Assembly (NCBI RefSeq): GCF_003918875.1 | Contig: NW_025766026.1 | Location: forward strand, 1,302,001 to 1,366,000 | Reading direction: 5' to 3' | Origin: Haliotis rubra | Taxonomy: Eukaryota | DNA length: 64,000 nt | Part shown: positions 39,301 to 51,743 of the stretch, in pieces | Layout of the letters: each line of letters begins with the position of its first letter | Numbering within the stretch: position 1 is the stretch's first letter | Notes under the pieces: generated by a model | The model's input: the letters and a program-made list of their open reading frames with translations, nothing else | Databases searched by the model: none | What the model was told of the DNA's origin: nothing | Program-made: the position numbers and the translations under genes

Positions 39301-41492
39301 CCCAGACTGAAGCTGGTTTTATAGTGCTAGCCCACTGAGATACCATGCCGCAGTGAAGCATGAATACCCCACTCAGACACATTATACTGACTCCGAGCCG
39401 ACCAGTCCTTGTTGTACCCATTAATGCCGAGCGCCAGGCAGGGACCAACAAGTACCATATTTTAACGTCTTTTGGTATGATGCGGTCGGGGATCGAACCC
39501 GTGACCTTCCGCTCTTTGGGCGGACGCTCTAACCACTACACTACGGCAGCTGTTTCCTTTAACAGGAATGTGGTATCCTGATGATTGTTGCATCCGTACA
39601 TCCAGCCAAAGACCATTCTTCAGATCCCCCTGTATGTGAAGCCAGGTCCAGGGGTCCCTACAGTGATGTAGTGGAGCTAACCCTTCTGGCTTGTTGGTTT
39701 CAGAGGATGGTGCCCGGCTGTATAATGTACTGTCTGCAGTGAGTCTGTCTCTGGTGGCTGCGGAGGGTCGGCTCAACTCTCTGGACCGCGAGGCAGGGGA
39801 TGGAGACTGTGGGACAACAGTCAGTCGGGGGGCTAAAGGTGAGTCTTGGGGGGGATTTAGATTATGGGACCATGGTCAGTCAGGAGATGAAGGAGAATCT
39901 AGGAGGGCATGGAGACTGTGTGATGCCAGTTAATTTTGGAGCTAAAGATGAGTCCTGGAGATGGAAATTATTAGACAGGGTTTGTCTAGCATCTTTAGGT
40001 GAATCTTGGAGGGGTACAGAGGGTATTGGCCATGGTTAGTCAGGGGCTGTTGGTGATTTCCAGAGGGGACCAAGATTATGGGACTGGGATTCTTGGAGAG
40101 GACTCAGAAGTCTATAGGTGAGTTGTGGAGTGTGGTGGAGATTTTTGGACAGGAGTGATAGGTGAGTATTGAAGGGGATGGAGACATTTGTAGGGGTCTG
40201 CCATTGTTTATAAGGGTCTGCTGTCATTTGTAAGGGTCTGCAGACTGGGGGCTAAAGGTAAAGGACCTGATTCCACATCAATACATGTGAAGGTATTAAG
40301 ACATCATGATATGTATATTTCCAGCCATCCTTTCCAAACTTGGTACGAAGGACAACCCAGGCTTGCCAGTGAGGAACCCATCTTCCCTGGCCCTGTCTCT
40401 GGCCAACATAGTAGAGACAGACATGGGGGGCTCGTCGGGAGCTGTAAGTGAAGCCAGTTCCCAGAAAATTGTTTGATCGGCATTCTAGTATTCCATTAAT
40501 TCCATCAATATCTTTATTTTACTCAATTTGGTAAGTGAAATACAAGTCACCTCCACAAAGTTGTAGCATTATTTATTTCTGTATGAAAAGGGAATTTTTT
40601 AATTCCATTGGGGAATTTTACAGACATTTGCTGCAGACTTGGGGCCAAATGACCTCCTCACAGCAGGCCTTGATAAGCCCCTATATGCCTTTTGAGCTGT
40701 TTTTATGTTGTATTTTATGTTGGAATAATGCACATAAACCTGGTCAGTCTCAGTCTCTTAAAATCTTTATCAATTTGGAAAATGGTTTTGCTTCACTAAA
40801 ATAACAGAAGGATATTAGATATAAACACCTTGATGCATCTATCTGATAATGCCGTTCAGAAAGTGATACTGAGATTTGAAACCTGATGGGCCCGTCATGA
40901 GTCATTTTGTTGAATGTGACTTCACCTGCCACCATCTGGCAAACGCTGAATGTATGACACGGTATTCTGTTGCAGCTGTACAGCTTGTTCTTGACTGCAG
41001 CAGCGAAGTGCCTGAAGACATCAGCAGGAGCTGCAGCATGGAGCACGGCCCTGCACCAGGGCATTCAGGCTGTCACCAGGTCAGTTTACCTGGTTCATTT
41101 GGTGGAAGGATCAGAATAATCCTACTACAGTCTCATACTAGCACGTTGTTTGGACGTTGCATGAATATTGCTAACAATGGTGAAATGTCTTACTGTAAAT
41201 TGCTGACACATCAACGAACAAGTGTCATGGTTGCTTTTGGAGGTTGGCAAAGAAACATATAAGTTTAGTCAGTGAATTTGCAGATACTGAACCATTGACA
41301 AAATGTAGTTTCAGGATTGTGTATACTTCTGGTATGTTAGCCTTCACTAGAAGAAGTATATTTCTAGAAATCTGCATATGTATATTTTCTGTTGTCCTCT
41401 GTTGCAGATATGGAGGAGCAGAACCGGGGGACAGAACCATGGTAGGTCCAGGCATTCACCTTGGTACTGATTGTAAAAAGCTTTCATATGCG

Positions 41493-41527
<35 letters not shown>

Positions 41528-43423
41528 GTTTATGCATGTCTGTGTTGCAAAATGGTTAAACTTCCTATGATGGGAATGATGCAGTAACAATTATTGTATA
41601 GGTAGTGTTTCTGTGTAAAAATATGATAAGTTGGTTTGGTTACTCTTTGATCATGAAAAGAAGAGAGACTTTGTTACCAGGTCCTGAGTTCTGGTCTAGA
41701 TATTGCCCTGTAATGCCAAATGTGCTGTGATATCATATACACATGCTAAATGTCAAGTTAGAGTGGATCTTTACTGACTTGAAGAGACATGATAGGATTG
41801 CCAGCTGACCTAGTCCTATTGCTCCCCTTAAAGCATAAACATGATAAAATTTTATAACAGGTGACTTTGTTTTGACACAGCTTGACGCCCTCTATCCTGC
41901 CAGTTCTACGTTGGAGAAACAGCTGCCTCAGTTACCTCCCCTGGAAGCATTTGCTAAGGCTGTGGAGGTAATGGTTTTTTTGTTTGTTCGTTTGTTGTTT
42001 AACATCGCACGTCAGAAACATTGCTTTAAGACGGAGGTCTCTAAAAAATCTGGACCAGGGCCCCGTTCCACAAAACGATCGTAGAGCTAAGATGATCGTA
42101 ACTCCCATACTTTAACATAGACTTACGACAGTCATAGAGCTAAGATGATCGTAACTCCCATACTTTAACATAGACTTACGACAGTCGTAGTGCTAAGATG
42201 ATCGTAACTCCCATACTTTAACATAGACTTACGGCAGTCGTAGCGCTATGATCGCTTTGAGGATAGGGGCCCTTAGTGATTTACATCAGCAGCATCGATC
42301 AACGCAACTGGGATACGATGACATGTGTGGTGCAAGTTAGTGAGCCTCACCACTTGATTCTGTCAGGTACCTAGTACGACAAGCATGGGTTTGCTGAAGA
42401 CCTACGAACCTGGATCTTCATGGGTCAACAAGGAATAGGTCACATTTGTGCTGTTATTGTACATCCTGTTGTCGTAGTGTTGTGTTGCATACATTCTTTG
42501 TAAACATTTACATTTTGGACAACTCCCCTGACATTCCAAATCATGATCCAAGGGTATATACAGTGTTTAAAACTCCCAAATTCCAAGCCAGACAGCCGGA
42601 CTGGTAACTTAAAAAAATTACCAGTCCAGATACAGACTTGCCTGTCCGGTTTTCAACATTAAAAAAATGTGACTGCCATTTCCAACTCGCGCAAGCTCCA
42701 TTCACTGTTTCTAGCCATCGAACTACATAGCACTAACAGGCAATGCACCAAGTTTAGGTAAACTGAAAGTACATGTGTTATGATTGGTTATCGTAACATG
42801 AACTGTACAATCGTATGTAGTTTAACATAATTTTCATAATACCTTAAAAGCCTCAAACTGACGACACAAGAACCTGTCTGATATTATGAAATATTTACTC
42901 TTAGGGGTAAAAATATCTACCAGACCACTGGACAGGCTACTTTTGAAATTTGACCATCCGAGATGAAAATAGACCGTTCCAGATGGTCGGACAGGCGGGA
43001 ATTTTAAACGCTGGTATATAAAAAAATAGCTCACAGACCTACACTTCTATTCTGCCAATGAACAGACATTTTTGCTTATACATGTAATATAAAACATCTA
43101 TTATGCATCAAGCAAATTGTGTATTTATTTCAAAATTTGGCAATGATTTTTCTCCAATTAATAAATATTACTCATGTAAATGAAATATGTAGATGAGTTA
43201 CAGGCCCTATGTGTCTTGTGTTTAGTGTTTCCATACCCTACTGTTGACACTCAGCATGATGTTGTTACAGGCGGCGCAGCAAGGGGCAGATGCTACAGCT
43301 GGTATGAAGGCAGGAGCAGGGAGGGCCAGCTATGTGGGGGCGGTGAAGCTCAACCAGCCTGACCCTGGGGCTGTCGCTGTCACAATCTGGATGAAGGCAG
43401 CACTTGCCTCACTCACATCATAA
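30395..43423 (+). CDS. TKFC: Triokinase/FMN cyclase (dihydroxyacetone kinase), copy A; 16 exons, about 591 aa after correcting three +1 indels
   Basis: Exons 30395-30602, 32179-32289, 33502-33687, 34182-34261, 35158-35248, 36070-36104, 36546-36630, 37589-37678, 37858-37974, 38471-38614, 39704-39838, 40325-40443, 40976-41079, 41408-41441, 41881-41967, 43271-43423. Motifs: [69 protein letters not shown]. As given, the sequence is frameshifted in exons 3, 4 and 5. Confidence 0.93.
32582..33314 (+). mobile_element. Internally deleted hAT element retaining the C-terminal dimerisation domain
   Basis: Perfect 17-bp TIR CAGTGTTCGAAATTAAC and 5-bp TSD TACCT. ORF 32786-33208 contains [36 protein letters not shown]. 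Confidence 0.9.
34341..34805. mobile_element. MITE with 6-bp TSD
   Basis: TIR CAGAGSTACAGATAA and TSD GTGGAA. Confidence 0.8.
35374..35970 (+). mobile_element. HINE/DINE-1-like (non-autonomous Helentron-type) element
   Basis: 5' ATCCCCCG..CGGGGGATATA hairpin, a TCCG microsatellite seed, internal tandem repeats (GATATATCAAACAGA..AAGTGGTGCCTTTTGC three times) and a 3' CGGGGGGAT inverted motif. Confidence 0.6.
38868..39028. repeat. 23-bp minisatellite, 7 copies
   Basis: Perfect copies of GATAATGGCTCCAACATGTGGAT. Confidence 0.95.
39795..40262 (+). repeat. Degenerate repeats of about 52 bp derived from the TKFC-A exon 11 3' end and donor site
   Basis: About 8 variants of GGGGATGGAGACTGTGGGAC...GCTAAAGGTGAGTCTT. 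Confidence 0.7.
42057..42272. mobile_element. Short palindromic MITE family (GGGCCCCGTT.CACAAA...); this copy has an internal triplication
   Basis: Related copies at about 23519-23630, 51240-51333, 55920-56135, 57317-57424 and 61897-62008. Confidence 0.7.
42561..43013. mobile_element. Second copy of the 7-bp-TSD TIR element
   Basis: CAGTGTTTAAAA...TTTTAAACGCTG with TSD GTATATA. Confidence 0.85.
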
Positions 43424-43454
43424 TCACAGAAACATATCCTTGACTGAAGACTTG

Positions 43455-44110
43455 TGATATCAGATCCAGTATGTTTTTATCCAGCAGTTAAAAAGTGGCC
43501 CAGTGCTTATTATATCAATATTTTGGGGCCCTTGTATTTCTGGGAGACATTTCAAGGAGAAATCTGTACCAGGGTGTAATAAACCCAGAGCTTATATGAG
43601 ATTTGAGAAGAAGCGCCAGTTAGTGATCAGGCATTCATTTGCGTCAAACTGGCATTTATTGAAGGAAATATGGTATGTTGCTTCTGTTACAAGTGTCATG
43701 ATGTGATCAGTTATTTGCTTCAAACTGGCATTTATTGAAGGAAATATGGTATGTTGCTTCTGTTACAAGTGTCATAGTGTGATCAGTTATTTGCTTCAGA
43801 CCGGCATTTATTGAAGGAAATATGGTATGTTGCTTCTGATGCGGATATCTATTTAATCAGTGGCATATTTTATCCAGCAGATCAATAATGGCCCAGTGCT
43901 TATTATTTAAATATTTTGTGACCCCTTGAATTTTTCTGTTTTTCATACCAAGGAGAAATCTGTACCATTGTGTAATATACACAGTACTTCTTTGAGATTT
44001 GAGAATTAGTCCCAACTAGTGGTCAGGCAGTTATTTGCATGGACTGTCATTTACTGGCGGGAATATGGTATGTTGCTTCTGATGTAGGTGTCTCTATGTA
44101 ATCAGTGGTA
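43455..44110. repeat. Duplicated block plus a triplet repeat of about 75 bp downstream of the TKFC-A stop codon
   Basis: 43455-43700 resembles 43845-44110. GGCATTTATTGAAGGAAATATGGTATGTTGCTTCTG occurs three times. Confidence 0.75.
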
Positions 44111-45164
44111 CTGGCCATGAAATACATATGCAGGATGATTTTTATTTCTGAATTTCACAGATACACAGATACCGATTTTCAGAAAGTTTACATTATCAAA
44201 TGTATTTTGAATATCAGTGACCTTAATCTACAATTTGTTTGTTTGTTTGTTGGTTGGTTAACGCCGCATTGAGCAATATCCCAGCGTGGTATGTATATAA
44301 TCGAGTCTGGAAAAGACAACCCAGTGATCAACAACATGAGCATCGATCTATGCAATTGGATACGATGACATATGTCAACCAAGTCAGCGAGTCTGACCAC
44401 CCGATCCCGTTCGAATTAGTCGCCTCTTACGACAAGCATGGGAAACTGAAGACCAAATCTAACCCAGATCTTCACAGGTGCCTTAATCTAGTGAATATTT
44501 TCACTGAATAAAAAGGATGAATGAATCAATGCTCTGATTCAGTGTGAGAGGAGGAATTGTTTCAACCTAAGTTTCATTCAATGTACTGTAATGATGAATG
44601 TGTAAGTCATATATTCAATATATGAGAAGGATGGACGCATCCGTTTTCTTTGGATTCATTGTATAGGAAGGTTGATCATCTGATTCAAAATATGAAAACA
44701 GTGTCAAATTCTGTTAATTGTTTTGTAAGAAGGATGAATGTGTCAATCGTCCTCTGATTCAATATATGAGAAGGATGCATGTACTTCCTTTGATTTTATA
44801 CAAAAGAATACATGCATGAGTGATTTCATTCAATGAAAAAGGATGTATATGTTGAGGTGCTCTTCTTTCAGTAACTAAGAAACATGCCTGTGTTGAGCTT
44901 CATATCATTCCTGTATATGAAACTGCTGACTCAACCTTCTGATTCCGTATATAAAGATGGATGTGTCCCATTGTGCACTGATTCAATGTTTTGTTTGTTT
45001 GTTTGTTTATTGTTTGAAGCTGTTGTTGGCAGTATTCCAGCTGTGTCACAGTAGTCTGTAAATACTGGACCAGACAATACAATGATTGACTTCATGTGCA
45101 TCGATCAGTGGATATAAGGATCCATGTCCCAAATTGTTAGTGATTTTTTTAGGACAAATGTATT

Positions 45165-46560
45165 AATCTTGGGGTAATTCAGTATTGAAAATGGCAAAGG
45201 GATGTTCAGTGGTCAGGAATGGTAGTGATGTTCAGTGGTCAGGAATGTAGTGTGTATAAATGATGGGAGTAATTCCGTATTAAAATGGCAAAGGGATGTT
45301 CAGTGGTTATTAAAATGGCAAAAGGATGTTCAGTGGTCAGGAATGTAGTGTGTATAAATGATGGGGTAATTCCATTATTAAAATGGCAAAGGGATGTTCA
45401 GTGGTCAGGAATGTAGTGTGTATAAATGATGGGGTAATTCCGTATTAAAATGGCAAAGGATGTTCAGTGGTCAGGAATGTAGTGTGTATAAATGATGGGG
45501 TAATTCCGTATTAAAATGGCAAAGGGATGTTCAGTGGTCAGGAATGTAGTGTGTATAAATGATGGGGTAATTCCAGTATTAAAATGGCAAAGGGATGTTC
45601 AGTGGTCAGGAATGTAGTGTGTATAAATGATGGGGTAATTCCGTATTAAAATGGCAAAGGGATGTTCAGTGGTCAGGAATGTAGTGTGTATAAATGATGG
45701 GGTAATTCCGTATTAAAATGGCAAAGGGATGTTCAGTGGTCAGGAATGTAGTGTGTATAAATGATGGGGTAATTCCGTATTAAAATGGCAAAGGGATGTT
45801 CAGTGGTCAGGAATGTAGTGTGTATAAATGATGGGGTAATTCCGTATTAAAATGGCAAAGGGATGTTCAGTGGTCAGGAATGTAGTGTGTATAAATGATG
45901 GGGGTATTAAAATGGCAAAGGGATGTTCAGTGGTCAGGAATGTAGTGTGTATAAATGATGGGGTAATTCAGTATTAAAATGGCAAAGGGATGTTCAGTGG
46001 TCAGGAATGTAGTGTGTATAAATGATGGGGTAATTCCATTATTAAAATGGCAAAGGGATGTTCAGTGGTCAGGAATGTAGTGTGTATAAATGATGGGGTA
46101 ATTCCGTATTAAAATGGCAAAGGGATGTTCAGTGGTCAGGAATGCAGTGTGTATAAATGATGGGGTAATTCCGTATTAAAATGGCAAAGGGATGTTCAGT
46201 GGTCAGGAATGTAGTGTGTATAAATAATGGGGTAATTCCGTATTAAAATGGCAAAGGGATGTTCAGTGGTCAGGAATGTAGTGTGTATAAATGATGGGGT
46301 AATTCCGTATTAAAATGGCAAAGGGATGTTCAGTGGTTAGGAATGTAGTGTGTATAAATGATTGGGTAATACCGTATTAAAATGGCAAAGGGATGTTCAG
46401 TGGTCAGGAACGTAGTGTGTATAAATGATGGGGTAATTCAGTATTAAAATGGCAGAGGGATGTTCAGTGGTCAGGAATGTAGTGTGTATAAATGATGGGA
46501 TAATTCAGTATTAGAAATGGCAAAAATATGTTCAGTGGTCAGGAATGTAGTTTGTATGAA
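45165..46560. repeat. 67-bp tandem satellite, about 20 copies
   Basis: Unit GTATTAAAATGGCAAAGGGATGTTCAGTGGTCAGGAATGTAGTGTGTATAAATGATGGGGTAATTCC. Confidence 0.97.
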
Positions 46561-46918
46561 TAATGCGTATGCTATTTTCACTGGGACAGACATGGACGTT
46601 CCAGGTAACAGAGATAGGTTTTGGGACTCTCTTTGTGGGTTTTTAATTAAACCTGTGGTATTTTTTGTAATTCTTTGAGATGAAGGTTATTGGTATGATA
46701 TGGTGCCTATATTTGGATGCTTTGTTCGTTGTGAAATGCTGCAGTCAGCAATATTCCAGGTGCTACCGGGGGATGAAAACAATGGAGTTTGTATCTGACA
46801 ATCCTGTGATTTGCATCTTGAGCACAGTCTATACAGTTGGGATACAGGGACATGCATCAACCAAGTCAGCGAGCCTGGCCTCTCACTGGACCCGTTTTAC
46901 AAGCATAGTTCTCCTTTA

Positions 46919-47245
46919 GGGCAGACCAATTTTATTTCTTGTTTTACGGATCCGCCTGTCATATTTTTTCAAGAATAAGAAAGAAAAAAAAGAAGTTATT
47001 TTCCCCGCTCAAAAAATAAAATCCTGATGTTTTTATTGGCCAAAAATGTAAACTTACAAGAAAAATGTTTTTTAGATGTTTTTAGCCCCATATACACTTC
47101 ATAAATTGCCAAAAGTAAAATACTTTGAGTATTTTGAAGGAATATTACTTTGACTGGTGATTTTATTTTTAAAAATTTTTTCCCTCCTGCCTTTAGGTTT
47201 TCTGAGGACAAAATCCATAAAACAAGAAATAAAATTGGTCTGGCC
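46919..47245. mobile_element. Tourist/Harbinger-type MITE
   Basis: TIR of about 30 bp (GGSCAGACCAATTTTATTTCTTGTTTTAYGGAT) with TTA on both sides. Confidence 0.75.
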
Positions 47246-48989
47246 TTATGGTAATATAGCTTCAATGAAGTATTTCGCCACTTTTGCAAGCTGAAATAGA
47301 TATGGGCATTCCATAATAATGGGCTAGGTGTGAATTTTGAAACTGTAAGTTGTTATCGGTATTCCAGCTGCATCACACAGCTACCCATAAATAATCAGGT
47401 GTAGGTCAGACCAACTGTAGATCATAGCGTGACCAGTTTACCTTGTGTCTGAGTTACCATGACAATCAGCTATGTCATGTCATGGGTGTGTTTGTTGTTT
47501 ATCCCTTCTGTATTCCAGCCATATGATGGCAACCCCCAAACAATTGAGACCAGACAATCCAGTGATTGATATTATGAATGCAGATCCAAGGTATCAGGGT
47601 AAGACTGAATGCAACGCACAACTCTCCAGCCTGTCCACCAAGGCAGTTAAGTCACATCAAATGATCGATTCTAACGCCAAGTGTTCCAACATAGTAGTAG
47701 TATATTATAACAAACATGACGTAATAGGGTCTTGTTGGACCTAAAACTTGTAATTCTATTTACTTCCCGTATTGAGGAATACTAATTTCTCACATCCCAC
47801 TAACTTGAATATCATACCACAGAGAAACTAGCTGGCAAACATGATGTATGTTGCAATATTACAACCAGACAGAATACTTGACAATGTTATATAAATAATA
47901 TGCTTTGTATATACTTGTGTCTTTGTTTTCTTTGTTGAGCCTCACACTCTGCAATACAGTAGTCTTGCTATATGACATTGGCTTGTATATATTCCCATCT
48001 GGAGTAGACAGTCTGGTGATTGGCATCTTGAGCATCGATCTTTGCATATCGCATATGAAGTCATGACACACATCAACTAAGTCAGGCTGTCTCTCTAGTT
48101 CTAACCAGGATCTTCAACTGCAACACATCAACCTGTTTCTACAAACGTCCAATTGTGTTTTACACACTTCTTGGGGTGTTGAATTTGTTGTCCAATACGC
48201 CAATAACACTGACTACACCCAGTAAATAACCGAGTCTGGACAATCCAGTGATTGATAATATGAGCAACGACCCACCCCCTTTGCTACGATGACACATGAC
48301 ATCACCCTCCTGGAGTGGGTGAGTATAGTTTTACGCAGCTTTAGCAATATTCCACCAATATGGCGGGGGACACCAGAAATGAGCTTCACACATTGTACGT
48401 ACCCATGTGGGGAATCAAACCCAGGTCTTCCACGTGATGAGCGAATGTTTTAACCACAAGGCTACCCAACTGCCCCACGACTAGATCCCACAAAGCCCCT
48501 AGTACTGCAATCACAGGTTGCTGGGGACACATTCCAACCTGGAACCCCTTTAGCGGTGGCGTCTTGTAAACTGATCTAGTGAGCCCAAGGCGGCTGAATC
48601 TTACTCTGCAGTAAACCAAGGCCCACAACGTTACGGCGGTTGTTAAGGACCTGTCCTGGCCAGAAAGTAGTGCCCATGGAACCTTATGGGACGTTATGGA
48701 GGCGGCTTTGTTCTCCTAATGCTTTACAGCTTGTGTTCAGTTGTATGTCGAACATCACTTGATTGACACAGCTTGAAAGATATGACATGTGTAAGAGGAA
48801 AACAAACTTTTTCATCTTCATTCGTTAGTTAAAGTCTCTTTGAAAAAAACCCTAACATTTCAAGTACTTTCTCGTTATTTTAACTATTTTCTGGAAATTT
48901 CGAGTATATTCTCGTTATATTAATTTTCTTTAAAATAACTGGAAGCTGCGGGAAAAAATACTCAAAATCAAGAAAATAATCGAAGCAAC

Positions 48990-50480
48990 GCGGATAATGT
49001 ATGCCATAAAAGTGGCAAAATCAGGTTTCCGCACAATATGGTCATGTCCACAAATCTGTACAGGTTGGGATGGTGATGTAGAAGACTGCGGGAACTGCCT
49101 GGTGATGATTCCAAAAGGGTGAGTCGGAAATGTGCCTCGTGGTCAACCCATGTCGTCACCACCTGTGGTGTGGCGTCTACAGCCTTCAGCCAGGGTTCTT
49201 GCACCTCAGGAACAGGAAGAAGGGAAAGTCCGGGCCAGTGTTTGCCCTTAACCCCGAAAAGCTGCAGGCCCTAAGGACCCAGAACCATAAGGAATGTGGT
49301 CCTGATCAGAATGTGTAGGCCCTATATTTTAATATGGAAATAATACTCTTAGTTATTGTGGATGAAAAAGCTGTCGGCCTGCAGAAATCAAAAGCTGTGG
49401 ATCCGAGTGGTTTTCAGTCGGCTTCGGGCCTAAGGACCGACGTCATTTTCAAAAGCTGGTCCATGCGCACTTCCTAGCCAGCTCTGCAGCTAGATGTCTT
49501 GCTTCTACCGGTCAGCTAAGCCAAGATCTTAAATCTTCCTCTATATAGTTCTGGTGTAGTGGAAGAAACATCCCTTGATGTCTGCTTCAGGGATTCACGT
49601 TCAATCTCTCGAATGACCGCCATTTCAAAGTTAGTCTGTACAGTAACTGGTGAGAAGGGTAGGTTGGGAGGCTTCTGGTACATCTGTTTTCAACAAAGTG
49701 AAGAGTCTGCTGTCTGTTTAACAGCAGGGCCAAGAAAAGGGAGTCTATGGTGTACCCACTGAGGTCATGTACAGTGTACAACTGGTTCCACGTGAGGATA
49801 GCAGGTAGTCATTGCTAGCTTCAGCACGACATCTGTGCTGCTCATCAGAGGAAACGTTCAGGATCTTGTCTCGTTCGCCGTCTGCACAGAGATATAAACT
49901 TTTGCCATCCCATGTCGTGGTCCACTGCACATAAAGGTAAACATCAGCCCTGATCTGTGACAGGACAGGGAATTCCAATGTGTTCGCGAAAAAGGGTAAG
50001 GATGTCCTGCTAGACCGGAACCACCCGTCACTAATACAATTTGTATAAAACATATGTTTCCCAACACCTCATCCAGGAAAGCATTTCGAGTGTGGTCTGT
50101 AAATACTCCTTAATTTATGTATACGGAGAAACTTGCACTTCATCCAAGGGCTTGGCAGCAAAGCAGTTTCATCAGGAAGTATCCGTGACTCCCACGGTTG
50201 TAGACGCCAGGATGTCTACAGCCGTGGTGACAGAGCAGCAGATGAATAACAGTAGCCATGGCGGTTGTCTTGGACATAAAGTTTATAGCGGTGTAGTCTG
50301 TGAAAACAGATACAAGTGGTCGTTTCGTTGAAGGTTGTGGTCTTATGCAAACGTTTGTTTTTGCGTCTGCCATTTGTTCATTTTGAAATGTGAGGGAAAT
50401 ACGTTTTAATAATACCTTTCTGTGGACAGGCTTGGTTATATTTGCCAACAGAAAGCTATACTGGCCGAAAAGTGCGACTA
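48990..50480 (-). mobile_element. Mutator-like (MULE) transposase relic, interrupted by a small insertion at 49236-49458
   Basis: Degraded motifs across frames: QLYTVH..G....LFLALL, VQTNFEMAVI, IKGCFFHY...RKI.DLGL, LSLLPVPEV, TWV and HHPNLYRFV. Confidence 0.8.
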
Positions 50481-51425
50481 AATGAATCGATTGATTGGGC
50501 TTAGTGTCTTGGCTGATAGCGTGTCATCGTAACCCCGATGTTGTGGACTTTTGCTCATGATATCACTCACTGGTCCTGACTCGATTCTTTCCACGTCTCC
50601 CTATATTGTCAGAATGGAAAAAAGACTTGCACACACGCACATACTTCTAAGCAATGGACCTAAAAGAACTCTTTGAAACACTTTTCCTCAACACCGCATC
50701 GTGTCTACCTTTACGTTATGTATACTAAGGGGTGACACTGTCTAGGGCATGACAACGAATGTCTACGTTATCATACACAACCTTTAAGATACACAACAAA
50801 CTAGGCCAGGCGACTAATATGGCCTCGTTTCTCTCGCTGACCTTGACCCTGACACGAACTGAGACTGGGCGGTACAGGGGGCAGATACTAGGCTGCTAGG
50901 GTACAGTGCAGTGTGACAGGGTACAGACATCTGATGACAGAGTGAGTTGCCATTATCGATATTATGCTGTATGACATTCTTTTTTACAATCTGAGCTCCA
51001 ATGCATGTGGCAGTATAACCCAACGTTTGCCTGTTTGCTGTTAAGACTGGAGCTAATGTAATCTGATAGAGATGACGCACTGAACAATGGCTTAGTCTGT
51101 AATTTAATCTGTGTAGAACTTACAGAGACAACTCACTACATTTATCTAGTCCTGTCATCTATCGTGCACGTGTTTGATCGGTGACACACAAATATCGATG
51201 TCAATTCATATAAAGTTCGTTTACGCGTCATTATCGCACTTGGGCCCCGTTTCACAAAGCTATCGTAGCGCATGTTACAGTATAGGAGGTACGACAGTCG
51301 TAGAGCTACGATAGCTTTGTGAAACGGGGTCCTGTTCGCTTTTATATGCCACTGTTCTGTATAATCGTATCTTTTTATAATAACAAGGTGGTAGTAAATA
51401 CAAATCTGTAATAAATCCATATTTG

Positions 51426-51623
51426 NNNNNNNNNNNNNNNNNNNNNNNNNNNNNNNNNNNNNNNNNNNNNNNNNNNNNNNNNNNNNNNNNNNNNNNNNNN
51501 NNNNNNNNNNNNNNNNNNNNNNNNNNNNNNNNNNNNNNNNNNNNNNNNNNNNNNNNNNNNNNNNNNNNNNNNNNNNNNNNNNNNNNNNNNNNNNNNNNNN
51601 NNNNNNNNNNNNNNNNNNNNNNN
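51426..51623. other. Assembly gap (198 N)
   Basis: N run ending 120 bp upstream of the TKFC-B ATG. Confidence 1.
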
Positions 51624-51743
51624 TCGTTCCGATTATGTTTTCAGCACCAGTGGTCAACTGTTCAAAAAGCGACGTTACAATTATAACAAACTCAAACTCA
51701 CTCACTCATCCAGCCAGGACTAACGCAAACAACAAACTACAGA

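Noticed and set aside
45165-46560. CRISPR-like appearance of the regular repeat array (also 38868-39028 and 59720-59892)
   Set aside because: The units are contiguous with no unique spacers, there are no cas genes, and the context is eukaryotic.
51142-51705. Long ORFs spanning 51142-51705 and 51423-51686
   Set aside because: These are artefacts of translating the N gap.
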